Position numbers and translations under genes: made by a program
Notes under the pieces: model-generated
The model's input: only the letters and a program-made list of their open reading frames with translations
What the model was told of the DNA's origin: nothing
The model's database searches: none
Shown: in pieces, positions 50,068-59,227 of the stretch
Layout of the letters: the number at the start of each line of letters is the position of its first letter
How positions within the stretch are numbered: the first letter of the stretch is position 1
NCBI GenBank assembly: GCA_029264355.1
Contig: JARIBW010000014.1
Span: 26,039-90,038, forward strand
Origin: Collinsella sp.
GTDB lineage: Bacteria; Actinomycetota; Coriobacteriia; Coriobacteriales; Coriobacteriaceae
Length of the DNA stretch: 64,000 bases
Direction: 5' to 3'

Positions 50068-50093
50068 AAGTGCTTTCTCCTAACGGGTATCGA

Positions 50094-50924
50094 TTACTTC
50101 TTGCGACGACGGATGATGAGGTCGTTGGACGTCTTCTTCTTGTTGCGGGTGCGGTAGCCCTTGGACGGGGTGCCCCACGGAGAGACGGACGGACGACCGG
50201 AGGTGTGCGAGCGACCCTCGCCACCGCCGTGCGGGTGATCGACCGGGTTCATGACGGTACCACGGACGGTCGGGCGGACGCCCATCTTGCGATGACGGCC
50301 GGCCTTGCCGATCACGATGTTGGAGTGCTCGGAGTTGCCGACCTCGCCGATGGAGGCGCGGCAGGTGACGAGAACGCGACGCATCTCGGAGGAAGGCATG
50401 CGGATGATCGCGTACTTGCCCTCCTTACCCATGAGCTGGCAGGCGGTACCAGCGGAACGGGCGATGGCAGCGCCCTTGCCAGGCTGGAACTCGATGGCGT
50501 GGATGAGGGTACCCACGGGAATCTCGGACAGCGGCATGGCGTTGCCCGGCTTGATGTCGGCGCCGGCACCGGAGATGACGGTGTCGCCGACCTTGAGGCC
50601 CTTGGGGGCCAGGATGTAGCGCTTCTCGCCGTCCACGTAGTGGAGCAGGGCGATGCGGGCGGAGCGGTTCGGGTCGTACTCGATGGTAGCGACCTTGGCC
50701 GGCACGCCGTCCTTGTTGCGCTTGAAGTCGATCACGCGGTACTGACGCTTCACGCGGCCACCCTGGTGGCGCATGGTGATGCGACCGGCGTTGTTGCGAC
50801 CGGCCTTGACCGGCAGCGGCTCGAGAAGGGACTTCTCGGGCGTGGTGCAGGTGATCTCGGAGAAGTCCGCGATCGTCTGCCAGCGACGGCCGGCGCTGGT
50901 CGGCTTAAGGTGCTTTACAGCCAT
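50094..50924 (-). CDS. rplB: 50S ribosomal protein L2
   Basis: IEYDPNRSA and [13 protein letters not shown]. Confidence 0.99.
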   Translation of the reverse strand: MAVKHLKPTSAGRRWQTIADFSEITCTTPEKSLLEPLPVKAGRNNAGRITMRHQGGRVKRQYRVIDFKRNKDGVPAKVATIEYDPNRSARIALLHYVDGEKRYILAPKGLKVGDTVISGAGADIKPGNAMPLSEIPVGTLIHAIEFQPGKGAAIARSAGTACQLMGKEGKYAIIRMPSSEMRRVLVTCRASIGEVGNSEHSNIVIGKAGRHRKMGVRPTVRGTVMNPVDHPHGGGEGRSHTSGRPSVSPWGTPSKGYRTRNKKKTSNDLIIRRRKK

Positions 50925-51091
50925 TCCTTATCCCTTTCATATCGGTCCGTTGGCCACTGCAAGCCGGGATTGTGGATGCAGTGACACCGGATTACCACGG
51001 CTCCGGGCGTTTCCTATTAATACGCACGGAGCACTTGAGCTTGCCTCCCGTATTCGAAGAGGCAAGCGTCAAGAACTAACATAGGCGCGAA

Positions 51092-51379
51092 TTACGCCTG
51101 GGTGCCGAAGACCTCGATGGTCTGACCCTCGGCCACGGTGACGATGGCCTTCTTCCAAGAACGGGTCTTGCCAGCGACATAGCGGACGCGCTTGGTCTTG
51201 GGCTTGACGTTCAGGGTGTTAACGCGAACAACCTTCACGCCGAAGATCTCCTCGACAGCGTCCTTGATCTGGAACTTGTTGGCGTCCTTGGCAACCTCGA
51301 AGGTGTACTTGTTCTCCTCCATGGCGGAGTAGGAACGCTCGGACACGATCGGGCGGATGATGATCTCGTGAGCGGTCAT
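51092..51379 (-). CDS. rplW: 50S ribosomal protein L23
   Basis: RPIVSE, YTFEV and WKKAIVT. Confidence 0.98.
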   Translation of the reverse strand: MTAHEIIIRPIVSERSYSAMEENKYTFEVAKDANKFQIKDAVEEIFGVKVVRVNTLNVKPKTKRVRYVAGKTRSWKKAIVTVAEGQTIEVFGTQA

Positions 51380-52006
51380 TTAGGCGAGCACCTCCCCGAA
51401 GTGAGCGGCGACGTCGGCGGGCATCAGCAGAGCGCCGTTGTTGACGAGGTCATAGGTGTTGGCCTCGGCAGGCGTGATGATGAACGTCTTGGGGATGTTG
51501 CGGAAGGAGAGGTAGGCGTTGATGTCATCCTCGCGAACGACGATGGTCAGACGCTTGCCCTCGATGCCCAGAGCCTTGAGCATGGCGACGGCTGCCTTGG
51601 TGGAAGGCTTCTCGAAGCCGTAGTCGTCAACGAGAACGAGCTCGTTGTCGCGGAGCTTGGCGGACAGGGCGGAGCGCATGGCGAGCTTGACCTCTTTGTT
51701 GTTCATGCGCTTCACATAGGTGCGGGGCTTGGGCCCGAAGATCACACCGCCACCGCGCCACTGGGCGGCACGGATGGAGCCCTGACGGGCACGGCCGGTG
51801 CCCTTCTGACGCCAAGGCTTCTTACCGCCACCGGAGACCTCGGAACGGCCCTTGGTGGACTGGGTGCCCTGACGCCAGCAGGCCTGCTGGCACTTGACGA
51901 TGTGGTGCATGACGTGGATGTTCGGCTCGATGCCGTACACGGCGTCGGCGAGCTCGGCCTCGGCGACCTGCTTGCCCTCGGCGTTCTTCACTTCAAACTT
52001 AGACAT
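51380..52006 (-). CDS. rplD: 50S ribosomal protein L4
   Basis: KPWRQKGTGRARQGS and GGGVIFGPKPR. Confidence 0.99.
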   Translation of the reverse strand: MSKFEVKNAEGKQVAEAELADAVYGIEPNIHVMHHIVKCQQACWRQGTQSTKGRSEVSGGGKKPWRQKGTGRARQGSIRAAQWRGGGVIFGPKPRTYVKRMNNKEVKLAMRSALSAKLRDNELVLVDDYGFEKPSTKAAVAMLKALGIEGKRLTIVVREDDINAYLSFRNIPKTFIITPAEANTYDLVNNGALLMPADVAAHFGEVLA

Positions 52007-52021
52007 AGCGACGGTCCTCCT

Positions 52022-52642
52022 TTACGCCATGCGGATGGCGACCAGACCGTTCTTGCCACCGGGCACGGCGCCCTTGACAAGCATGAGGTTCTGCTCGGCA
52101 TCAATGCGGACAACGGAGAGGTTCTTCACGGTCACGCGGGCGTTGCCCATGTGGCCGGCCATCTTGACGCCCTTGAGGACGCGGGCCGGGTAAGCGCACT
52201 GGCCGATGGAGCCGGGGTGACGCTGGATGTGGGAACCGTGGGACATGGGACCGCGGCGCTGGTTCCAGCGCTTGATGCGACCCTGGAAGCCCTTACCCTT
52301 GGAGGTGCCGATGACGTCGACCTTGGCGACGTTCTCGAAATCGGCGACGGTGACGACGTCGCCGACCTTGTGCTCCTCGCCGTTCTCGACGCGGACCTCA
52401 CGAAGGTAACGGACGGGCTCGACGCCAGCCTTGGCAAAGTGACCAGCCATGGGCTTGTTCACATGCTTGGACTTGATGTCGCCGAAGCCGATCTGGACGG
52501 CGTTGTAGCCGTCGGTCGCCTCAGTTTTAACCTGCGAGACGGTGCAGGGGCCAGCCTGGATGACCGTGACGGGGACGACGTTGTCATCCTCGTCCCAAAC
52601 CTGGGTCATGCCGATCTTACGGCCGAGAATCATGTTGATCAT
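52022..52642 (-). CDS. rplC: 50S ribosomal protein L3
   Basis: [18 protein letters not shown] and VKGAVPG; start MINMILG. Confidence 0.99.
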   Translation of the reverse strand: MINMILGRKIGMTQVWDEDDNVVPVTVIQAGPCTVSQVKTEATDGYNAVQIGFGDIKSKHVNKPMAGHFAKAGVEPVRYLREVRVENGEEHKVGDVVTVADFENVAKVDVIGTSKGKGFQGRIKRWNQRRGPMSHGSHIQRHPGSIGQCAYPARVLKGVKMAGHMGNARVTVKNLSVVRIDAEQNLMLVKGAVPGGKNGLVAIRMA

Positions 52643-52942
52643 TCGATCTCCAACTCTCGGTGGTCTTGGGACATTGCACGCGCCCCTTGCGCGTGCCCCT
52701 AGAGGACCACATACGGACTTGCGCGCCACTCCTTGCATTCGCCTCGACCCCTTGTGCGCGGCAACCCATTTGCGCAGCTAGACGGCCCAGGCAGAATCCT
52801 CCTAGTGGACACAGCTTGATTAGTATACACGCCTGCGGGCGTCTCCATATTGTCTTCGCAATGTTTTTGCAGGTGAGAACCCCTGCTTAACGTGAAGACG
52901 CGGCCGGGCGGGCTCCCGAGACCGGAAAATCAACCCGAGAAC

Positions 52943-54100
52943 CTACTCGCAAAGCCCGTCTGCGCTCATGCGCTCGGCGAGACGGGCATCGGTCCACTGG
53001 CGGACGAGCTCGTAAAGCACCGCCACGACGGGAATGAAGAACACGATGCCCACGATGCCGAAGAGCTTGCCGCCCACAAGAGCGGCGATGAGGGTCCACA
53101 GCGCGGACAGACCCACGGAGGAGCCCACCACATGCGGATAGATGAACTGGTTCTCGACGAACTGAACGGCCAGGTACGCGATCACGCAGATGATCGCCTG
53201 GTCGGGCGAGGCGAGCAGGGTGAGGAACGCGCCGATGGCGCACGACGCGAAGGCGCCCACGTACGGCACGAAGGCGAAGATCGCCGTGAGAAAACCGATA
53301 AGCCCGGCATACGGCAGGCGCAACAGGGAGAAAGCGACGAAGATGAGCGTGCCCAAGATGCACGCCTCCAGGCACTGCCCCGAGAGGAACTTCGAATACG
53401 TGTCGGTCGCCAGCGCCCCGACATGGCGGATGCGCGATGCGTGGCGCGGATCGAGATGGGCGTCCATCACACGGTTGACCTGACGGGCGAGCACGCGCTT
53501 GCTCGCCAGGACGTAGACGGCGATGACGAAGGCGAACACCGTGCTCGAAACTACCGAGACGGTGGAACGCGCGGCGGCGAGCACCGAGGTGGCGATGGAG
53601 CCGAGGCCGAAGTTCATGAGGTTTTGCAGGCTCTCGGAGCGGGAGGCCGCCCCGGAGGCGGGCTGCAGCCATGCCATGAGCCTATCGACGTCCACGCCCT
53701 CGGCCGCAAGGGCGCGCTCGATCTCGGGCAGGCGCTCGGCGAATAGGGGCGCGACGGTGCGGGCGGAGGCGACGAGCTCGGGCACGAGCATCGTGACGGC
53801 CATGACGGCCACGCCGGCGATGGCGATGAGCACCAAAACGATGCTCGCCGCCGTCACGGCGCCCTGCTGGGGGCGCCTCTGCTCGGGAAGGCGCTCGACC
53901 AGGCGGCCGAGCAGGCGCTCCATGCCCGAAACGGGCACGTTCAGCACAAAGGCGAATCCGAGGCCGAGCAACACAGGGAAGAAGACGTCGACGACGGCGG
54001 ACAGCGCCCCGATCACCCCGTCGAGGTGCATGACGGCGGCGTACAGACAGACACCGAACATAATCAACGAGGCGGCGCGGCGCCATTTCTCATCGAACAT
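52943..54100 (-). CDS. AI-2E (UPF0118) family transporter
   Basis: GFAFVLNVPV, FLSGQCLEA, FVPYVG, QFVENQFIYP and GMLFFIP-like end (GIVFFIP). Confidence 0.9.
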   Translation of the reverse strand: MFDEKWRRAASLIMFGVCLYAAVMHLDGVIGALSAVVDVFFPVLLGLGFAFVLNVPVSGMERLLGRLVERLPEQRRPQQGAVTAASIVLVLIAIAGVAVMAVTMLVPELVASARTVAPLFAERLPEIERALAAEGVDVDRLMAWLQPASGAASRSESLQNLMNFGLGSIATSVLAAARSTVSVVSSTVFAFVIAVYVLASKRVLARQVNRVMDAHLDPRHASRIRHVGALATDTYSKFLSGQCLEACILGTLIFVAFSLLRLPYAGLIGFLTAIFAFVPYVGAFASCAIGAFLTLLASPDQAIICVIAYLAVQFVENQFIYPHVVGSSVGLSALWTLIAALVGGKLFGIVGIVFFIPVVAVLYELVRQWTDARLAERMSADGLCE

Positions 54101-54214
54101 GGGCTTCCTTACACGAAGGTGGCACCCGCGGTCCCTCCAGACCACGGGCGCCACGCGATTTCGGGCCTTATACCCATTCCTTCGGATACATCACACGGCC
54201 ATCCGTCCGCATGC

Positions 54215-55432
54215 TCAGTCTTCCACCGGCGGCACGCCCCCAGACGGGTCGGTATCCGCGTGACCGGTTTTCATGAAGGTGTAGATGGCCTTCGAATAGT
54301 ATGCCGACCCGAGCTCCGAGGGATGGGAATAATCGCGCAGGAAATATCGGTCATACTCATGACCGGAAAAATCCGCGACCTGAAAACCCGCATCGGCGGC
54401 CGCGTCGCGCACCATGCGATAGTAGCGTTGACGAACCTCGCGCGTGTAGACGGTCTGATCGTAGGCCGCCCCCTTGACGGGTTGGATCACGATGAGCGGC
54501 TCGACCCCCGTTTCCCGACACACGTCGAGGACCATCTTGAAGTCATCGAACTCCTGTGAGCTGAAGTACTCGCCGTCTCGCACCTTCCAATTCTCGTTCG
54601 CGCCCTCGAGCCACGTCTTGTAATGCTTGCCGTACCAGGCGTCATTCATCCCGAGGTCGTTGCCGGCCGCGTGATCCCGGGCGGCTCGATCGGCCTCGGT
54701 GAACACCGCGTCCCAATCGGGACCGCCGTCCGGGTGGGTCGGCCGCGGGGCCGACGCGTCCTCCGGGGCATGGGGGCCCCGGCCATCGAGCGCCAGGTCG
54801 TGGGCGAGTCGAACGTCTGATGCGAGGGTGCTCGCCGCCTCATCCACATCGTGCAGGACGCGCTCGACGGGTCCCTCGTCCACGGGCTCCCCGGCGCCGT
54901 ACTCGGCCGCTCGGCGGGCCACCCGATGCTTCAGTTCATCCGAAATGGCACCGTTGCCCATGAACGCCTCGAAGGCCCCGGGCGAATAGACGCCGGGGAA
55001 ATCGCGCGCGGGGCGACGGTACGTCATGAACCATTGGATGCTCGGGAAAAGCACCACGCGGCGCGGGGCGTCGGCCACGGAGGCAAAGGCGCCGATCTCG
55101 ATGGCCTGCCATAGATCCGCGCAGCCCGCGCGACCGGCCATCAGGGCGCCCACGTCGTAGGTGCCCGGCGCGAGCAGATTGCCCGGATGGGAGAAGCCCG
55201 CCGACTTTGGATTGAGCTCCGAGGAGCCGAACACCAAAGCGACCGACTCGCCACGCCCGACGCTGTTTTCATATTGGCCCCGCATGAGCTGCCAGCTCGA
55301 CACCTCCTGCGCCGTGGGATAGCCCACGTAGGGGACATCCTCACCTGAGATCCGACTCTCCCAGGCATAGGCGGCCCCGCCGCATACGGCGAGCGTCGCA
55401 GCCAAGGCGAGGGCGATGATGCGCCTTCTCAT
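54215..55432 (-). CDS. dltD: D-alanyl transfer protein DltD
   Basis: N-terminal membrane/signal segment, FGSSEL catalytic-Ser motif, SIQWF and C-terminal DxxH (DYSH). Confidence 0.85.
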   Translation of the reverse strand: MRRRIIALALAATLAVCGGAAYAWESRISGEDVPYVGYPTAQEVSSWQLMRGQYENSVGRGESVALVFGSSELNPKSAGFSHPGNLLAPGTYDVGALMAGRAGCADLWQAIEIGAFASVADAPRRVVLFPSIQWFMTYRRPARDFPGVYSPGAFEAFMGNGAISDELKHRVARRAAEYGAGEPVDEGPVERVLHDVDEAASTLASDVRLAHDLALDGRGPHAPEDASAPRPTHPDGGPDWDAVFTEADRAARDHAAGNDLGMNDAWYGKHYKTWLEGANENWKVRDGEYFSSQEFDDFKMVLDVCRETGVEPLIVIQPVKGAAYDQTVYTREVRQRYYRMVRDAAADAGFQVADFSGHEYDRYFLRDYSHPSELGSAYYSKAIYTFMKTGHADTDPSGGVPPVED

Positions 55433-55441
55433 GGCAACCCC

Positions 55442-55678
55442 CTAGAACTCGGCGTACACCGGGCTTGCCGGAGCACCGTACGGGGAAAGCACGAAGAACC
55501 ACCCGAGCACCCCCACGAGCACCGCCACAACCGCGAACCAGGCGATGGCCGCCGAGGTCGCGTCCGAGTAGAACCATGCGCGCACGCGTTCGGGCGTCAT
55601 CGCGCGCAGGCGCGCGAGCGCAGATGTGCCTCTCCCCGCGGCGTTCGCGCCCGCGCCCACACGGTCCGCCATGCCCAT
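55442..55678 (-). CDS. dltX: DltX/DltE-like small membrane protein
   Basis: Single TM followed by C-terminal VYAEF (cf. DltX FIYNEF). The ATG overlaps the dltC TGA; an alternative start at 55600 gives 52 aa. Confidence 0.7.
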   Translation of the reverse strand: MGMADRVGAGANAAGRGTSALARLRAMTPERVRAWFYSDATSAAIAWFAVVAVLVGVLGWFFVLSPYGAPASPVYAEF

Positions 55679-55923
55679 CACAGCCTCACCGAGATCTGCT
55701 CGATGATCTTGTTCACCGTGTTCATTTCCGAACGCTCGACCGCGGTGGGGGCGATCTCCACACCGAAGCGCTCCTCTATCTCGACGAGCACTTCGATGGC
55801 GGCGAGGGAGTCGAGAAGGCCCGCTGCGAACAGGTCGATGTCGCGCTCCTCGCGCACGGCCTCGTCGTCGCAGATGTCTTCCAGCATGTCGAGGACCTCC
55901 GCCTCGAGTTCGTTCCTATCCAT
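55678..55923 (-). CDS. dltC: D-alanyl carrier protein
   Basis: 81 aa, acidic, DLFAAGLLDSL phosphopantetheine site. Confidence 0.92.
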   Translation of the reverse strand: MDRNELEAEVLDMLEDICDDEAVREERDIDLFAAGLLDSLAAIEVLVEIEERFGVEIAPTAVERSEMNTVNKIIEQISVRL

Positions 55924-57124
55924 GGATGATCCTTTCGATGATATGGGTGAGCTGACCGGAGAAGAGCGCGAAGCCGATGACCACGAGCTGCATCGTGACG
56001 AACCACGACAGCACGCGGTACCAGCGCTTGCGCTTGTTCCGCTTGTAGAAGGCCGACCGTTTCTGATAGACCTCGGTGAGGGCGAGCAGCACGCCGTGAT
56101 ACAGACCGTACGCCAGGTAGTCGAGGGTGAGCCCATGCCATGCGCCCATCAGCAGCATGTCCACCAGGTAGGCGGCGCACGCCGTGTGCAAGCGGCTCGA
56201 GAAGAGCTTTCGCTTGGAGGCCGCGCGCACGAACCTCATGAAGACGAAATCGCGCAGCCACGTGGACAACGTGATATGCCAGCGGTTCCAAAAGTCCTTG
56301 ATGTCCCGCGCCGCAAACGGGGCGCGGAAATTCCGGGGCGTGGCGATGCCGAAGCAGTAGCTCGCCCCCACCGCCATGAGCGAATAGCCGGCGAAATCGA
56401 AGAACAGGTACAGGGCGTAGACGTACGCGCGGGCGATGGCGCGCACCGGGGCCGGTCCGGGAATAGAGATCACGGCCGGCACGCCCGCGAGCTGCGCCGT
56501 GGCGGAAGGGTCGAGGGCCGTTTGCGCGATCGTCGCCAACACCAGCTGCGACACCGCGCCGGCGAGCAGGAACAAGACGCCCCGGCTGAAGAGGTCCGCG
56601 TACTCGGATCGGGAAAGGCGCCTGTCGGCATCTTCCCCAAACCGACGCGACCGATCGATCGGCCCCGAGGTGAACGTCGCGAAGAACGTCAGGAAGTACA
56701 GGTAGTCGACGATCCCGAGATCATCGATGAGCCCGTCGCGGATCTCGATGAGCACCTGCACCGCCTTGAAGGTCAGGTAGCTGATGCCGATGAAGCCCAG
56801 CAGGTTGGCGTCGAACACCGCCCCCACCTTGTAGATGACGAGCGGGGCGACGGTCGCCGCGAGCGACGCGCGGTACACCGCCATGCTCTTGCGGCCGCTC
56901 TTCCAGCTGCCGAGCGTCGCGCGCATGGACGCGAACGCCACCGCGAGAAACACCGCGAACGCGGCGGCGCCGGCGGGACTGCCCGCAAACAGCAGGCCGA
57001 CCATCACACATGAGGCCGCGAAGCCGTAATACTTGATACGCCTCTCCATGAAGCCGAGCGCCGCGGCCGGAATCACCGCGACGACGAGCGCCATGAAAAA
57101 CGACGGGGAGGTGTAGAAACCCAT
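55916..57124 (-). CDS. dltB: MBOAT D-alanyl transfer protein DltB
   Basis: GISYLTFK, SGPIDR, YLFFDFAGYS, FWNRWHITLS, RDFVFM and GAWHG. Confidence 0.93.
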   Translation of the reverse strand: MGFYTSPSFFMALVVAVIPAAALGFMERRIKYYGFAASCVMVGLLFAGSPAGAAAFAVFLAVAFASMRATLGSWKSGRKSMAVYRASLAATVAPLVIYKVGAVFDANLLGFIGISYLTFKAVQVLIEIRDGLIDDLGIVDYLYFLTFFATFTSGPIDRSRRFGEDADRRLSRSEYADLFSRGVLFLLAGAVSQLVLATIAQTALDPSATAQLAGVPAVISIPGPAPVRAIARAYVYALYLFFDFAGYSLMAVGASYCFGIATPRNFRAPFAARDIKDFWNRWHITLSTWLRDFVFMRFVRAASKRKLFSSRLHTACAAYLVDMLLMGAWHGLTLDYLAYGLYHGVLLALTEVYQKRSAFYKRNKRKRWYRVLSWFVTMQLVVIGFALFSGQLTHIIERIIHG

Positions 57125-57130
57125 CGATAT

Positions 57131-58702
57131 CTACTTCTTCTCGGTGAGGGCGCGGCGATCGAGCTTGCCGTTGCCGGTCATGGGCAGGGACTCGTGGAAC
57201 GCGACCTTCTTCGGGATCATGTAATGGGGCAGGAACTCGGCCAAACGCTCCTTGAGCGCGAGTCCGACGCGAAACGGCGTGTCCTGGAGCGGCGCGGACG
57301 GCACGACGTGCGCCACGAGGTGCGAGATCTTCCCATCGCGATACACCGGCGCGACCGCGGCGGCGGCGATTTCGGGCAGTCGGCGCAGATGGCTCTCGAT
57401 CTCGCCGAGCTCGATGCGGAAGCCGTTGAGCTTGACCTGCAGGTCGAGACGGCCGCGGAAATGCAGCATCCCCTCGGCGTCGAGGCAGCCCTCATCGCCG
57501 GTGCGGTACGCACGCACGGCGGTTCCGTCGAGCATGGCCTCGCCAAAGGCGCGCGCCGTGAGGTCGGGCCGCCCGAAATAGCCGCGGGCGACCGTGTCGC
57601 CCTCGATGACGACCTCGCCGAAGGTGCCCGCGGGAACGGCGCGCCCCTCCTCATCGACGATGCGGATGCGCGTACCGAGACGCGGCGACCCCACGGGCAG
57701 GGGCTCGGCGCCCGCCGCCATCTCGGCCGTCACCTCAACTGCGGTGACGGCGACGGTCGACTCGGTCGGACCGTAGGTGTTGAGCACGCGGGCGCGCGGG
57801 AAGCGCTCGAGCAGGCGCGCGGCGGTCGCGTTCGGCAGCGTCTCACCGCAGAACACGAAGAGCTTAAGATCGGGCATGGCGTTCTGGTCGAAATCGGCGT
57901 TCGCGAGGCAGAGCTCGGCAAACGACGGGGTCGAGACCCAGATGCCCGCGCCGCTCTCCTTGAGCGCGGCGAACTGCGCCGCCATGCTGAGCTGCGTCTC
58001 GGCGGCCAGCGAGTACAACGCGCCGCCCCCGCCGAGGGCGCCGGCGAGCTCGAACACCGACAAATCGAACGAGAAGGGGGCTTGGTCGAGCCACACGGGG
58101 CCGCCCTCGAACCCGGCGGTGTGGGCGCGGACGAGCTCGAGATCCCATTCGCAGAAGTTGTCGAAGCACGCCGCCGTGACCTCCACGCCCTTGGGCGCGC
58201 CGGTCGAGCCGGAGGTGAACAGGATGTAGGCGAGGTCCTCCCCATCGATCCAGCGCTCACGGTCGGAGTGGCCCGCGGCCGCCACGAGGTCGCCGATGGC
58301 GCGGTGCTCGATAACGTCGACGGGCGGCATCTCCTCGCACCGGGGGAAGGCTCCGACCGCCAGCACGAGCGGGGCTTCGGCGCCCGTATCGCCCTTCATG
58401 GACGCCGAGATCTGCGCGGCGATGGACGCGGTGCGCTGCGGCGGCACGGAGCTGCCGTCGATGGGGACGTAGGGGCATCCGGCCTTCATGCAGGCGAGGA
58501 GACACACGACCATGAACGGGTCCTTGTTACCGTACACGATGACGGGAACGCCGCGTTCGACGCGCGCGCCCACCTGGGCGGCGAGCGCCTCGGACGCCGC
58601 CCATAGCCCTCGATAGGTCAGGTCCATCCCCGTCGATGCGCGCACGGCGGTCCGATCGGGCCACTCGCGGGCGAAACGCTCGATGTTCTCCAAATATTTC
58701 AC
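57131..58702 (-). CDS. dltA: D-alanine--D-alanyl carrier protein ligase
   Basis: YILFTSGSTGAPKGV, QAPFSFDLSV, FCGE, NTYGPTE, YRTGD, QVKLNGFRIELGEIE and NGKLDR. Confidence 0.92.
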   Translation of the reverse strand: MKYLENIERFAREWPDRTAVRASTGMDLTYRGLWAASEALAAQVGARVERGVPVIVYGNKDPFMVVCLLACMKAGCPYVPIDGSSVPPQRTASIAAQISASMKGDTGAEAPLVLAVGAFPRCEEMPPVDVIEHRAIGDLVAAAGHSDRERWIDGEDLAYILFTSGSTGAPKGVEVTAACFDNFCEWDLELVRAHTAGFEGGPVWLDQAPFSFDLSVFELAGALGGGGALYSLAAETQLSMAAQFAALKESGAGIWVSTPSFAELCLANADFDQNAMPDLKLFVFCGETLPNATAARLLERFPRARVLNTYGPTESTVAVTAVEVTAEMAAGAEPLPVGSPRLGTRIRIVDEEGRAVPAGTFGEVVIEGDTVARGYFGRPDLTARAFGEAMLDGTAVRAYRTGDEGCLDAEGMLHFRGRLDLQVKLNGFRIELGEIESHLRRLPEIAAAAVAPVYRDGKISHLVAHVVPSAPLQDTPFRVGLALKERLAEFLPHYMIPKKVAFHESLPMTGNGKLDRRALTEKK

Positions 58703-59227
58703 GTGTCATCCCATCCCTTCGTTCCCACACGGGCGCAGTGGGCGCCGCGTCCGAGAGCCCAGCCTCCCCCGCGCACCGCTTTGACGAGCGGGGCTTCGAA
58801 AAAAGGAGGCGCAGACTCCATCATGATATCGTTTCCCATTGTGCCCATTGAACCTTTGCGCATCCTTACCGTCGAGTGACGTTTGAGTAAGAGTGGTTAT
58901 GAAGTGCTGAAGCCGCGGAGGCTCCGCGCGCTCGCGCGGAGGGGGTGCCGACGGCGCCATCCGAAGGCGATGGCTTTTCGCGGGCGGCCCGCTCGGCCCG
59001 CCCGAGGACGGCTCGCCGGAATCGGCCCCGGGGGCGTGTTCGCGAGGAGCTTGGACGGGCCGGGTGCGGCGCGTGCGAAAAACGCGCCCATCCCCAAATT
59101 GCACACACAAGCGCGCCGGATAGGCCTGGACGGTGGCGTATTATTGAAGAGTTATCAAACCGTTCGGCTCAAGGTCATGCGACCGCTGCCGACGGACCGA
59201 CCCGCACCGAAAGAAGGGCAGGACTCA

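Noticed and set aside
58703-59227. ZTP (pfl) or other purine riboswitch, or a PurBox, upstream of purL
   Set aside because: GGTCATGCGAC resembles a pfl 5' start, but the following GACTGRCG, P2 and 3' CGCCYGGGC elements are absent. The CCGAAC core alone is too weak. A cmscan would settle it.
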